Source: Dehalococcoidia bacterium
GTDB lineage: Bacteria; Chloroflexota; Dehalococcoidia; Plut-88900
Reading direction: 5' to 3'
DNA: 64,000 nucleotides
Assembly (NCBI GenBank): GCA_965197585.1
Contig: OZ240215.1
Span: forward strand, 2,752,001-2,816,000
Shown here: piece after piece, positions 19,976 through 30,315 of the stretch
Layout of the letters: each line of letters starts with the position of its first letter
Numbering within the stretch: position 1 is the first letter of the stretch
Notes under the pieces: generated by a model
Seen by the model: only the letters and a program-made list of their open reading frames with translations
What the model was told of the DNA's origin: nothing
Databases searched by the model: none
Program-made: the position numbers and the translations under genes

Positions 19976-21976
19976 GTGACTACTACGCCAGGTCCCAACT
20001 CCGAGGAAGTCCACCCGCGCTTTCCACTGCTTTTCAGCCCCATAAGGGTGGGAAGTCTCACGCTCCGCGGCAGGATAGTGAACACGGCCCACGGGACGGG
20101 GTTCACAAAAGACCACCTCTTCACCGACCAGCACGTGCATTACTACGCGGAGCGGGCTCGGGGCGGGGCAGCGATGATCATCACTGAGAGCGCGTCGATA
20201 CACCCAACGAGCAACATCGGGACTCAGGACACGCTCTGGGGATTCGAACGGGCCATCATCCCGTCCTATCGGAAGATTGCGGAAGCGGTGCACGGGCACG
20301 GGGCAAAGGTGGTGGTTCAGCTTAGCCACCAAGGCCGGCAGGGAGGCTCTGTAGAAGGGTTGCCGAGGTGGGCGCCGTCCTCGGTCGCGTCTCGAGAGTC
20401 GAGCTACGGGAACAACGAAGTCCCCCACGAAATGGACTCTTCGGAGATAGAGGAGTTGGTGAGGGCATTTGCCTTGTGCGCGGGATTCGCGGAGGAGGGC
20501 GGGTTCGACGGTGTGGAGCTTCACGGCGCGCACGGCAACCTGATCCACCAGTTCCTTTCGCCACTGACGAATCATCGGGCGGACGAGTATGGGGGTGGGC
20601 TGGACAACAGGCTCAGGTTTGCGATGGAAGTAGTCAGTGCAGTACGGGGAGGGGTGGGGCGAGGGTTCGTGGTCGGGATGCGAATAAGCGGGGACGAGTT
20701 CGTGGACGGAGGTCTGGACCTTGAGCAGATGAAGGAGGCAGCGAGGCGGCTGACGGCGGAAGGGCAGGTGGACTACCTGAACGTGAGCAACAGCACCTAC
20801 TCGGACCTTGGAAGCATGGCGAACCACATGCCGTCCATGTACTATCGGCCGGCGCAATTTTCGCACGTGTGGGAAGGGATAAAGAGCGCGGTAAATGTCC
20901 CAGTTCTGGGTATGGGCCGCATTAACACGCCCGAGTTGGCTGAAACGCTGCTATCGGAAGGGAAGACCGACCTTATCGGTATGGTGAGGGAGCTTATAGC
21001 CGACCCTCGGCTTCCGGAGAAGGCCAGGGCAGGAGCGGTTGAGCAGATCAGGCCGTGCATCGGATGCATGCAAAGCTGCATAGGGCGGAGGACCAAGGGG
21101 ATCCATATCACGTGCATCCATAACCCGGTCACGGGCCGGGAGGGAATTTGGGGTGAGATAGATGCTGCCCCGGTAGCGAAGTCGGTGCTGGTGGTGGGTG
21201 GTGGGCCGGGAGGACTGGAAGCGGCGACGATTTCGGCGCGGCGGGGGCATAAGGTGACGCTCGTCGAGAAGACTTCTCGGCTGGGAGGCCAGGCGCTAAC
21301 CGCGTCTCGTGGCCCGATGCGGACCCAATTCGGAGAAATAGCCACGTTCGGAGAGGCTGAGGCCCGAAGGGCGGGGGTGGATATACGGCTGGATACGGAG
21401 GCGACGGTGGAGTCGGCGCTCGAATTCGGGGCCGACGTTGTGGTGGTGGCGACGGGGGCAGAAGCGTACTTGGGGATGGAAGGTTCGGCATCGGGGCCTG
21501 TTCTGATGACGGCAAATGAAGTGCTCGATGGAGACATCCCGAACAACCGCGAAGTGCTGGTGGTCGATACCCAGGGTATGCATCCCGGGAGCGATGTTTC
21601 GGAGTTGCTGCTGGACCACGGGAACCGAGTCGAGATGGCGACCACGGCACCCTACGCGGGATCCAACCTCCAGCCGATGGTGTGGCGGGTAATCTACGAA
21701 CGGCTGCTGAACAAGGGCCTTGAGGTGTCGGCGTTTACGGAGGTGGTGGGGATGGGGGAGGGGTCGGTGAAATTGAGGAGCACGATCACGGGGAAGGAGG
21801 GGAGTCGGGAGGGGGTGGACGTGGTGGTGTTCGCCGACAATCGGCGGGCGGTCGATGGGTTGTACAAGGGGCTGAAGGGTCGGGTGGGGGAGCTATATGC
21901 AGTCGGGGACTGCCTGGCTCCTCGTACGGTAGAGCAGGCTATGTACGAAGGGCACGAGGTGGGGCGGGGGATTTGA
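19976..21976 (+). CDS. NADH:flavin oxidoreductase (Old Yellow Enzyme-like with Fe-S and FAD domain)
   Basis: GFDGVELHGAHG, QFLSPLTNHRADEYGG, RPCIGCMQSC..C, GGGPGG. Confidence 0.92.
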   Translation: MTTTPGPNSEEVHPRFPLLFSPIRVGSLTLRGRIVNTAHGTGFTKDHLFTDQHVHYYAERARGGAAMIITESASIHPTSNIGTQDTLWGFERAIIPSYRKIAEAVHGHGAKVVVQLSHQGRQGGSVEGLPRWAPSSVASRESSYGNNEVPHEMDSSEIEELVRAFALCAGFAEEGGFDGVELHGAHGNLIHQFLSPLTNHRADEYGGGLDNRLRFAMEVVSAVRGGVGRGFVVGMRISGDEFVDGGLDLEQMKEAARRLTAEGQVDYLNVSNSTYSDLGSMANHMPSMYYRPAQFSHVWEGIKSAVNVPVLGMGRINTPELAETLLSEGKTDLIGMVRELIADPRLPEKARAGAVEQIRPCIGCMQSCIGRRTKGIHITCIHNPVTGREGIWGEIDAAPVAKSVLVVGGGPGGLEAATISARRGHKVTLVEKTSRLGGQALTASRGPMRTQFGEIATFGEAEARRAGVDIRLDTEATVESALEFGADVVVVATGAEAYLGMEGSASGPVLMTANEVLDGDIPNNREVLVVDTQGMHPGSDVSELLLDHGNRVEMATTAPYAGSNLQPMVWRVIYERLLNKGLEVSAFTEVVGMGEGSVKLRSTITGKEGSREGVDVVVFADNRRAVDGLYKGLKGRVGELYAVGDCLAPRTVEQAMYEGHEVGRGI

Positions 21977-22000
21977 GGTATGATTCGACAGGGATAATAG

Positions 22001-22405
22001 ATGCCGATACCTTTCGAATTGATCATGGAACAGACTCCTGTATCTTACCAAACACGCAAAAAAGAGCGGCGTGGCAATTGGCGACAGGATGTGGAGAGCG
22101 CCGCAAGGCAAGTTTGGGGCCTGGAGTCTCCGGTTACCGCATCTGTAATGATTACCATCACATATATTTTTGACGACACACCAATTGACCTAGATAATAT
22201 GGCCAAGCCCATTCTTGATGGATTGAAGGGAGTAGTCTTTCAAGATGATCGTCAAGTATTTGATTTGCTTTGTCGCATGAGAGATAGAAAGAAGAATTTG
22301 AGATTTCGCCGTGCGTCGCCAGAGTTGCTTAGCGCTCTTGCAACTTCCAAGCAAGCGCTACATATCAAAGTAGAGGCCATGCAGGAATTGGAGGTGGAAT
22401 TTTGA
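22001..22405 (+). CDS. RusA-like endonuclease
   Basis: DLDNMAKPILDGL..FQDDRQV RusA motif; lower GC than flanks. Confidence 0.8.
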   Translation: MPIPFELIMEQTPVSYQTRKKERRGNWRQDVESAARQVWGLESPVTASVMITITYIFDDTPIDLDNMAKPILDGLKGVVFQDDRQVFDLLCRMRDRKKNLRFRRASPELLSALATSKQALHIKVEAMQELEVEF

Positions 22406-23058
22406 TAGTCGATGTGCCCAATTCCGAATACATGCTAACCCGCCAGATAGCCGAGGAGTATCGGGGTAAGGGTTACCAGGTTTCTATAGGGCCTGCTCTT
22501 GATTTCCTAGACGGTTTCCGAGTGGACTTGGTTGTACACAAGGGTGACGAGACTAAAGTAATAGAAGTCAAGACCAGGGCTTCCCTAGCTGCGGACCGCA
22601 AAATCAGAGAATTAACAGAATCCATCGACTCAAAGCCAGGGTGGAGTTTCGAACTAGTGCTGGTTGGTGAGCCGGAGAATCTCTACGCGCCACCAGGTGC
22701 GGCGCCTTTTGAACAAGAGAAGATCGTTGAACGAGTTGAGGAAGCTGAAAAAGCGCTAGAAGCGGGTCTTTGGGAAGCTGCTTTCATGCTAGCGTGGTCG
22801 GCGTGTGAGGCCGCGACAAGAATATTGCTTGTTAATGAAGGGGTTTCAAAAGAAGGCATCACGTCGGCAAGCTACGTGGTGAATCAGGCTCGATACCTTG
22901 GATTACTTTCAAGGGACGACTATCTCAACTTGGCAGACATGGAGGCCCATCGGAACGCGATTGTGCATGGGTTTAGTCACGATGAGATAGGTAAAGAGCA
23001 CGTTGTCAGGCTGCTTGAGACTGCGCGCAATCTGATGAGCGACGGTACTCTCAAGTAA
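22402..23058 (+). CDS. REase (AHJR-like PD-(D/E)xK) fused to HEPN-like domain
   Basis: VDLV..IEVK nuclease motif; C-terminal helical domain with RNAIVH (Rx4H); 4-bp overlap with the RusA-like gene. Confidence 0.72.
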   Translation: MIVDVPNSEYMLTRQIAEEYRGKGYQVSIGPALDFLDGFRVDLVVHKGDETKVIEVKTRASLAADRKIRELTESIDSKPGWSFELVLVGEPENLYAPPGAAPFEQEKIVERVEEAEKALEAGLWEAAFMLAWSACEAATRILLVNEGVSKEGITSASYVVNQARYLGLLSRDDYLNLADMEAHRNAIVHGFSHDEIGKEHVVRLLETARNLMSDGTLK

Positions 23059-23101
23059 CTGCTTGATGGGATTTTTTGTGGCTCCACCCCACCCACCCCA
23101 A

Positions 23102-23206
23102 GAACCCTCTCCCCCTTAGGGCCTTCAAGGGAGAGGAGGTGAGATGAATAGGGGCAAACACCTGCTAGTAATCGCAGGTGTTTGCCCCTAATTCAGTACC
23201 GGGGGG
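23102..23206 (+). repeat. Structured repeat family E, copy 2
   Basis: Same frame as 12544 and 55861 copies with a different inner hairpin. Confidence 0.75.
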
Positions 23207-23272
23207 AATAGAGAAATGAACCTACGGCAGGTAGTGTCGCCGAGAGAGCGGTTGGTCGGATAGACTGCGGGT

Positions 23273-24148
23273 ATGAACGCTTTTCCCCTGGGGTTGATGC
23301 TGCTCTCCGCCCTTTTCCATTCGACGTGGAACCTGCTGCTGAAACGCTCCGATAACCAGGAAGCGTTTGTGTTGGGGATAGTCGTAAGTGGAAGCGTGAT
23401 GTTCGTGCCCTTGGGCATCGTTCTGTTCTGGCTATACCCGATAGATCCTCCGGGATACTTGTTCGCGCTGGTTTCCACAGGGTTTCAGAGTTTCTATTTC
23501 GTAATGCTGGGGCGGGCCTACTCCGGAGGTGATCTCTCACTGATCTATCCCGTGGCCCGGGGCATTGGCCCCATGCTGGTACCCATTCTGGCAGTGCCGC
23601 TGTTGGGGGAAAGAGTGGCGTGGCCCGCAATTATCGGGATTGCCCTGATAGTCGGCGGGATATACGTCGTTTCCTGGTGGGGCCGATTCCGGCAGATCAT
23701 TGCCAGGCCGTCGACGCTGCTGCGAGATCGGGGTATCGGTTTTGCCGTGCTTGCCGGAATGGCGATAACCGGTTACTCGCTGGTGGACAAGCGCGGCGTG
23801 GAGCACGTTCAACCTTTCCTCTATATGTACATGCAGACTATTGGGGGCGCTTTGGCCCTGGCCCCGTACGTAGTACGCAGGCATGGTTTGGCCTCGGTGA
23901 GGCGGGAGTGGAGAACGAACACCAGGGCAGTTTTGGCAGCGGGTGTACTGGTCTTTGTCGCTTACGGGCTGGCGTTGACGGCATTCTCCCTGGCGCAGGT
24001 CAGCTATATGGCGCCGGCACGGGAGTCTGGCATTGTGATAGGGGTGCTATTGGGAGTCTTCGTGCTGAAAGAATCGTTTGGCAAAGGTCGACTGCTGGGC
24101 TCGGGCTTCATTGTGGGGGGGCTAGCGTTGATTGCGCTGTCTCCCTAA
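23273..24148 (+). CDS. EamA/DMT family transporter
   Basis: ~10 TM helices, HSTWNLL, GDLSLIYPVARG, YSLVDK, APARESG. Confidence 0.9.
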   Translation: MNAFPLGLMLLSALFHSTWNLLLKRSDNQEAFVLGIVVSGSVMFVPLGIVLFWLYPIDPPGYLFALVSTGFQSFYFVMLGRAYSGGDLSLIYPVARGIGPMLVPILAVPLLGERVAWPAIIGIALIVGGIYVVSWWGRFRQIIARPSTLLRDRGIGFAVLAGMAITGYSLVDKRGVEHVQPFLYMYMQTIGGALALAPYVVRRHGLASVRREWRTNTRAVLAAGVLVFVAYGLALTAFSLAQVSYMAPARESGIVIGVLLGVFVLKESFGKGRLLGSGFIVGGLALIALSP

Positions 24149-24183
24149 GCTCGCGTCGGTCCGCCCTCAGGTAGGCGTCGCGG

Positions 24184-24408
24184 TTAACAGGGCACAGGCT
24201 CGTCTACCTCTTCACCTTCGAGGACGGAGCGGGCTTCGTCAAGCATTTCTTCCTGAACGAGGATGCCGCAGGGTCGGATGGAGACGCCAAGAAAAGCGCT
24301 GGTGTCGCCGGGGTTGAGGCGAAATGGAATACCGCTGTAGGTGAGGAGGCCGCCCCACATTTCGGCGATGATCTGGTCGGGGGCGGTGGCTACTAGGACC
24401 CACTTCAT
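24184..24408 (-). CDS. DUF2007-like small protein
   Basis: 74 aa; AEMW..LL..SGIP..ILVQEEMLDEARSVL pattern. Confidence 0.7.
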   Translation of the reverse strand: MKWVLVATAPDQIIAEMWGGLLTYSGIPFRLNPGDTSAFLGVSIRPCGILVQEEMLDEARSVLEGEEVDEPVPC

Positions 24409-24432
24409 AAAACTGACCAGTACTGGGTCACT

Positions 24433-25395
24433 CTATTTGCGCACATCCTTCAGCTTTTCAATCTCGGGTCCGAATACGGCTTCAAATCTGAGAAGTTTGT
24501 CTATCATCCAAACTCGGGTTTCTTCCAGCTTTTCCTCGCTGTCATCAATGTTGCCAGCACAACTCAATTCTACGCGGCAGGCTATATTATCGTCTAAGCG
24601 ACGCCACTCTAGTTGTCCCAAGGTAGATTCTATTGAGTCTCTCCACTCTTCCAGTCGGTCAAAGCGTTGTTCATTCCTGTCCTTAGAATCTCCATCAAGG
24701 TTAAGCGCAACCTTAACCTTGTCTCCAGTTGCGAAGCTAGCACTATATCTAATCCCAGAAACGCCGGCACCAAAATTGTACCAGCTTTGAGGTTGTGCTT
24801 TTTTGGCGCCAGTAAATCTGTACTGCTCTCTCAAAGAGTCAAGGAGGGGCTGGAAAAACGTGCGATACCGTTCCATTCGATCCGATGGACCAGACCCTTG
24901 CCTACCAGCCCCTGTGCTCTTACGCCAGTTGTTGGGTGCAGACACGACATTAAAGTGTGGAGCAGCAGGGGATTCGTTGATTCTTAGTAGCTCAACGACA
25001 ACCCCGAAGAATCCCGTATCTTCGCCGGTACGTCGGTTTAGCCAATCCAAGGCATCCCTGTGCTCGTCCCGGAACTGCTTTGCTATCCAGACTACTATCT
25101 CTCCATCATAGCCTGACGCATAAGTCAGCAGCTTGCCTAAGTGATCGTGGTCAGTGTCTTCCAGTTGGTTTTCGATCACAACTTGGCGATTAGTGCCTGT
25201 TTCTCGGGCTAGAAGATCGAGAGAAAAGGATCCTACTGCGGCTTCCTCGGTCTGGAGTTCTAGGTCCAGCCCCAACTCATCGCCTAATAGATTCAGATTC
25301 TTGGCTAACCAAGGTGTGAAGTTACTGGCCTCATTCTGCCAAACTTCCCGTAGGTCAACCTTCTCGATTTTGCCTAACTCTTGTGAAATGACCAT
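24433..25395 (-). CDS. DUF4268 domain protein with N-terminal PD-(D/E)xK-like nuclease fold
   Basis: DLREVWQNEASNFTPWL, IENQLEDTDHDHLGKLLTYA; lower GC. Confidence 0.85.
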   Translation of the reverse strand: MVISQELGKIEKVDLREVWQNEASNFTPWLAKNLNLLGDELGLDLELQTEEAAVGSFSLDLLARETGTNRQVVIENQLEDTDHDHLGKLLTYASGYDGEIVVWIAKQFRDEHRDALDWLNRRTGEDTGFFGVVVELLRINESPAAPHFNVVSAPNNWRKSTGAGRQGSGPSDRMERYRTFFQPLLDSLREQYRFTGAKKAQPQSWYNFGAGVSGIRYSASFATGDKVKVALNLDGDSKDRNEQRFDRLEEWRDSIESTLGQLEWRRLDDNIACRVELSCAGNIDDSEEKLEETRVWMIDKLLRFEAVFGPEIEKLKDVRK

Positions 25396-25434
25396 CGCTC
25401 TGTCTCTGTCCGTGCAGCTAAAGGTAGGTGCAAA

Positions 25435-28400
25435 TTAAGGATTGGCAGTAGTTACTGCGCCCTCACCGAGGCGGGGGGACAGGAGTTTAACGAGGCGGGG
25501 GGAATACTCCACCTGGACGCCGGGGACCTCCAAGTGAGTGATTCGGGAGCGTTCTTCGATTTGGAGGAAGAGGGCACTGGGGCCGGGACACTGCCTGGCT
25601 ATGGTTAGGGCGTCCTTGAGGACTTCGGCGTCCTGGGTGTCGTCTCCGGTCGCACGGATTTTGAGCCAGACTTCGCCGGGGGTGGTGGGAGGGGTATGGG
25701 GATGGATTTCCTCCGTGGCGGACCTTCGGCCTGCCTCCGCAGGAATGACGGTGCGGGTGGGGTTGGTGGGGGGATGGGGAATGTCGGGTGACCGGAGGGG
25801 ATGGATTCCTGCCTTCGCAGGAATGACGGTAGGGGCGGGGTTGGAGGAGGGATAGGGAATGTCGGGTGACCGGAGGGGATGGATTCCTGCCTTCGCAGGA
25901 ATGACGGAGGGGGTGGGGTGAGCGGCTCCATTTGCTGTTGGTTTAATTGATGGTTCGACATCTTCAACCGGCTCGGAGGCCGGAATGACGGGAGGAGTTT
26001 CGGACTCGTCGTCTTCGGCGGGGAGTTCGAACTTTTGGACGGAGTTGCAGTGGACGGAAACACTGTCACCGTTTCGGAGGCGGACCCTACCTTCCACTTT
26101 GAGAATCGATCCATCAACCCAGAGGGCCTGGGTCCTTTGGTAGACCTCTTTCCAACCGACGACCTCAATGGAGCCGGAAATGTCCTCCATGACCGCAGCG
26201 CCGAAGGGGTCGCCTCTTCTTGTGGTGCCAGTTCTAAAGGAGGACAGCTGCCCGACCAGTATCACATTTTGCCCATCCTGCTCGGGGATGATGTCTCCGC
26301 ACATGTTGGGTTCGATGTTGCCGAGATTGCGGTTAATGCGCGAAATGGGACTTTCGGCGAGGCTTGCGCCGAGCAGCTCTTTCTCCCAGGTCTCGGATTC
26401 GCCGGGCTGAATTCTTATCCGTTCAAGCTCAAGCTCGGGGAGGGGGGTTGCGACGGACGCACCCCATAGGTCGAACATGGTCGTTTGGCCTGAGTTTTTC
26501 AAGTCCGATTCCCTCTGGGACATGGAGAGGATACGGTCGATTCCTCCAAGCAAGGACCCGCGGTCTTCCAGAGAGTCCAGGGCCCCGACTTTTATGAGGC
26601 TCTCCAAGGCGCGCTTGTTGAGGTTGTGCAAGTTGGCCCTGCGGCACATGTCTTCGACGGACTTGAACGGGCCATCTTCCTGCCGGGCCTCGACGAGGGG
26701 GCGTACCGCACCATCGCCAACGTTCTTGACCGCAGATAGGCCGAACCTGATGGAGCTGGACCCGTTGTCGCGCTCCATGGTGAAGTCGATGTCGGACATG
26801 TTGATGTCGGGGCGGAGGACCTGGATGCCGAGCTTTCGGCACTCTTCCACTGCCGCAGAGGTGTGATCGGACTGGCCGGGGTGGCAGGTGAGTAGGGCGG
26901 TCATGAACTCCACGGGATAGTTGGCCTTCAGATAGGCAGTCCAGTAGGAGATCATGGCGTAGCTGACGCTGTGGGCCTTGTTGAATGCGTAACCGGCGAA
27001 GGGCAGTATCAGTTCGAACATGTACTCGGATAAATCCTGGGGGAACCCTTTGGCCTTGGCCCCTTGCAGGAACCGTTCCCGCTCCTCAGCCATGAGGGAG
27101 GCGATCTTCTTTCCCATCGCCTTCCGCACCACATCGGCCTGGCCGAGGCTGTAGCCAGCAAACATACGAAGGATAAGGAGCACCTGGTCCTGGTAAACGA
27201 TAACACCGTAGGTCTCCTCGAGGATGTCGGAGAGGGCAGGGTGGGGGTAGGTTACCTCGGCGCGCTGGTGCTTAGCTTCGATGAAGCGGGTTATGTGCTC
27301 CATTGGGCCGGGTCGGTAGAGTGCGATCATGGCAGCCACGTCATTGACGGACGTGGGTTTAAGCTGCTTGATGTATCTGCGCATCCCCGAGCTTTCCAGC
27401 TGGAAGATGCCGGTGGTCTCTCCGCTGGAGAGGTGGTCGAAGGTCTTCTTGTCATCGAGGGGAATGTCGTTAAGGGACATCCTGGCGCCCCCGCTCTTGG
27501 CGATGATGTCGAGGGCCTTGCCAAGGATGGTGAGGTTAATGAGGCCGAGGAAGTCCATCTTCAGGAGGCCCAGCTTGGCGATGGGGTCCATCGAGAACTG
27601 GGTTACGGCTATCTCCTCGCCGTCGCTGCGGGATGCCCGCTGGAGCGGGACGTAGTTGGTGAGGGGTTCCTGTGAGATGACGATGCCTGCGGCATGGGTG
27701 CTGGCGTGGCGGGCCACGCCCTCCAGCTTCTGGGCGGAGTCGACGAGCTTGCGGACGGCGTGGTCCTGATTGTAGTTGCTACTAAGGTCGGGGCTGGCCT
27801 TCATGGCTTCGTCGATGGACTTGACGCCGAAAGGCACCTGCTTGGCCACGTTGTCGACGATAGAGTAGGGCATTCCAAGGGCGCGCCCGACGTCCCTGAG
27901 GGCGGCACGAGCGCCAAGGGTGCCGAAGGTGACGATCTGGGCGACGTGTTCGGCGCCGTACTTGCGAGTGACGTAGGCGATGACTTCGTCCCGGCGGTCG
28001 TCCTGGAAGTCCAGGTCGATGTCGGGCATTTCGTTGCGCTCGATGTTGAGGAAACGCTCAAATACGAGGCCGTATTCCAGGGGGTCGATGTCGGTGATGC
28101 CGAGGCAGTAGAGGACTACGCTGCCGGCGGCGCTTCCCCGGACGCCGAACAGGATGCCGTTCTCCCTGGAATAGGAAGTAATGTCCATGACGACCAAGAA
28201 ATAGTTAGCGAACTGGGTCTTCTTGATGACGTCCAGCTCGTCCAGCAGGCGACGGCGGGCGGTCTCTCCCGCTCCGGGGTAGAGGCGCCGGAAGCCCTCT
28301 TCGCAAAGGGTTGCAAGATAGTCGTCGGCGTCTTCGCCGTGGGGGGTGGGGTAGTGGGGGAGGCGCAGGCGGTCGAACTCGATGGAGAGGTCGCACATAT

Positions 28401-29193
28401 CGGCGATGCGCATGGTGTTTTCGAGGGTATCGGGCAGGTCGGAGAAGAGCTGGCGCATCTCCTCGGGTGTCTTGAGGTAGAGGGAGTCGTCGGACATTTT
28501 CAGACGCTTCTCGTCCTGGACGTTGGTGTTGGTCTGGATGCAGAGGAGGATGTCCTGGACGCTGGCCTCGTCGCGGTGGATGTAGTGGACGTCGTTGGTG
28601 GCGACCAGGGGGATTTCGAGGTCATGGCTGAGGCGGAGGAGGCCCTCGTTTATAGGGGTCAGCATGTCGAGGTCGTGGCGCTGGATTTCCAGGTAATAGT
28701 CCTGGAAGACTTCACGGTACCAGCGGGCGGCGGCATAGGCGTCGTCCATGCGGCCTTCCAGGATGGCGCGCGGGACCTCGGCGGTGGGGCAGCCTGAGAG
28801 GACTATGAGGCCCTCATGGTGTTGTTCGAAGAGGGCCCTGTCCATGCGGGGCTTGTAGTAGAAGCCCTCCATGTTGGCCTTGGTGACCAGCTGTATAAGG
28901 TTGCGGTAGCCTGTCTCGTTCTTGGACAGGACAGTCAGGTGGTAGGGGGACTTCTCGGAGGGGGTCTTGGTACGGCGGTTGCTGTGGGCGACGTAGACCT
29001 CACAGCCGATGATGGGTTTGACGCCGGTCTTGTGGGCAGCGGAATAGAAATCGATGGCGCCGTAGAGGTTGCCGTGGTCGGTTAGAGCCATGCTCTCCAT
29101 CCCCAGGTCCCGGGCCCGCTGCATGAGGTTTGGGATGCGGCAAAGGCCATCCAACAGGCTGAATTCGGAATGGAGATGAAGGTGTGTATACAA
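25435..29193 (-). CDS. dnaE: DNA polymerase III alpha subunit
   Basis: HLHLHSEFSLLDG PHP domain, RGSAAGS, MPDIDLDF, YAFNKAH, OB fold. Confidence 0.97.
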   Translation of the reverse strand: MYTHLHLHSEFSLLDGLCRIPNLMQRARDLGMESMALTDHGNLYGAIDFYSAAHKTGVKPIIGCEVYVAHSNRRTKTPSEKSPYHLTVLSKNETGYRNLIQLVTKANMEGFYYKPRMDRALFEQHHEGLIVLSGCPTAEVPRAILEGRMDDAYAAARWYREVFQDYYLEIQRHDLDMLTPINEGLLRLSHDLEIPLVATNDVHYIHRDEASVQDILLCIQTNTNVQDEKRLKMSDDSLYLKTPEEMRQLFSDLPDTLENTMRIADMCDLSIEFDRLRLPHYPTPHGEDADDYLATLCEEGFRRLYPGAGETARRRLLDELDVIKKTQFANYFLVVMDITSYSRENGILFGVRGSAAGSVVLYCLGITDIDPLEYGLVFERFLNIERNEMPDIDLDFQDDRRDEVIAYVTRKYGAEHVAQIVTFGTLGARAALRDVGRALGMPYSIVDNVAKQVPFGVKSIDEAMKASPDLSSNYNQDHAVRKLVDSAQKLEGVARHASTHAAGIVISQEPLTNYVPLQRASRSDGEEIAVTQFSMDPIAKLGLLKMDFLGLINLTILGKALDIIAKSGGARMSLNDIPLDDKKTFDHLSSGETTGIFQLESSGMRRYIKQLKPTSVNDVAAMIALYRPGPMEHITRFIEAKHQRAEVTYPHPALSDILEETYGVIVYQDQVLLILRMFAGYSLGQADVVRKAMGKKIASLMAEERERFLQGAKAKGFPQDLSEYMFELILPFAGYAFNKAHSVSYAMISYWTAYLKANYPVEFMTALLTCHPGQSDHTSAAVEECRKLGIQVLRPDINMSDIDFTMERDNGSSSIRFGLSAVKNVGDGAVRPLVEARQEDGPFKSVEDMCRRANLHNLNKRALESLIKVGALDSLEDRGSLLGGIDRILSMSQRESDLKNSGQTTMFDLWGASVATPLPELELERIRIQPGESETWEKELLGASLAESPISRINRNLGNIEPNMCGDIIPEQDGQNVILVGQLSSFRTGTTRRGDPFGAAVMEDISGSIEVVGWKEVYQRTQALWVDGSILKVEGRVRLRNGDSVSVHCNSVQKFELPAEDDESETPPVIPASEPVEDVEPSIKPTANGAAHPTPSVIPAKAGIHPLRSPDIPYPSSNPAPTVIPAKAGIHPLRSPDIPHPPTNPTRTVIPAEAGRRSATEEIHPHTPPTTPGEVWLKIRATGDDTQDAEVLKDALTIARQCPGPSALFLQIEERSRITHLEVPGVQVEYSPRLVKLLSPRLGEGAVTTANP
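25702..25990 (+). repeat. Four family-C palindromes (TGGATTCC..GGAATGACG) in frame within dnaE
   Basis: Copies at 25702-25750, 25801-25828, 25879-25906 and a partial at 25968-25990; related intergenic copies near 10587, 49739, 55988. Confidence 0.85.
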
Positions 29194-29300
29194 AGATAAA
29201 TGCCCCGCCCGGCACCTCCGATTATATCATCGGCACCCCCCCTGAAACGGCGCTGAAGAGGGGTTGTTTTCGGTGATTTCGGGGCGGTAGGAGAGTCTCG

Positions 29301-29329
29301 TTGACACCCCCAAACCGCTTTGCTAACCT
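29301..29329 (+). promoter_or_regulatory. Sigma70-type promoter
   Basis: TTGACA, 17-bp spacer ending TGC, TAACCT; ~30 bp before the CDS at 29362. Confidence 0.6.
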
Positions 29330-29361
29330 CGACGCACTTTTGCTGTGCGAGGTTATGAAAA

Positions 29362-30315
29362 GTGATACTGGTGACGGGGGCGACGGGCTTTGTCGGGAGG
29401 CGGATAGTGACGCGGCTGGTGGAGCGAGGAGAAGAGGTGAGGCGGCTGGTGAGGCCCGTCCCCAATCCCCGAGCCTCGGGGTTGCCGGCGGTCCACTTTG
29501 TCACGGGAGACGTGACCGATCCCGACTCTCTGCGGGCTGCCTGCGACGGCGTAGACATGGTAGTCCACACCGTGGCGGTCATCAGGGAGAAGGGCCGGAC
29601 CACGTTCGAGGCAATAAACGTGCAGGGGACGCGCAATGTGGTGGAGGCGGCGGAGCAGGCCGGAGTGCGCAAGATAGTCCATCTGAGCGCGATTGGCGCG
29701 GGGCCCGACCCTCAATATCCATATCTGAGGTCGAAATGGGAGGGCGAGGAAGCAGTAGTCAACTCTAAATTGAGACACGTTGTATTGCGGCCCTCGCTGG
29801 TGTTCGGGCCTGGGGACGAGTTTATAAACGCCTTGGCTGCGACGATCAGGGTCGGGCCGGTGGTCCCGTTTATCGGGTCGGGAAATGCGAAGTTTCAGCC
29901 GATACACGTTGAGGACGTGGCACGGTGCGTGGACAGGGTGCTGATTGACGGCACCTACACCGGAGAGACCATCGAGATCGGTGGGCCGGACATCCTCAGC
30001 TACCGGCAGATAACGGACACGATCATCCGGAGGTTTGGCCGCATGCGGATTAAGGTGAGAGTACCAACTTCCATGATGCGTGCGGCGCTTCCGTTCCTGA
30101 AGATAGCCTCGCCTCACCCGCCGATCACTCGGGTTCAGTTGGACATGCTGAACATCGACAATGTGTCGGCGCACAGGTCCGTGGAAGCCAACTTCGACTT
30201 TCAGGCCCGCCCGCTAGATGGGAACATCGACTACATCCTGGACATGGGATGGAAGGAAGCCCTGTCCATAACGCTGGGACTCCGGCCTGCGAGGCGGTGG
30301 GGGGAGGGGGGATGA
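29362..30315 (+). CDS. NAD-dependent epimerase / NDUFA9-like atypical SDR
   Basis: ILVTGATGFVG, YLRSK, LRPSLVFG, FQPIHVEDVA. Confidence 0.9.
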   Translation: MILVTGATGFVGRRIVTRLVERGEEVRRLVRPVPNPRASGLPAVHFVTGDVTDPDSLRAACDGVDMVVHTVAVIREKGRTTFEAINVQGTRNVVEAAEQAGVRKIVHLSAIGAGPDPQYPYLRSKWEGEEAVVNSKLRHVVLRPSLVFGPGDEFINALAATIRVGPVVPFIGSGNAKFQPIHVEDVARCVDRVLIDGTYTGETIEIGGPDILSYRQITDTIIRRFGRMRIKVRVPTSMMRAALPFLKIASPHPPITRVQLDMLNIDNVSAHRSVEANFDFQARPLDGNIDYILDMGWKEALSITLGLRPARRWGEGG

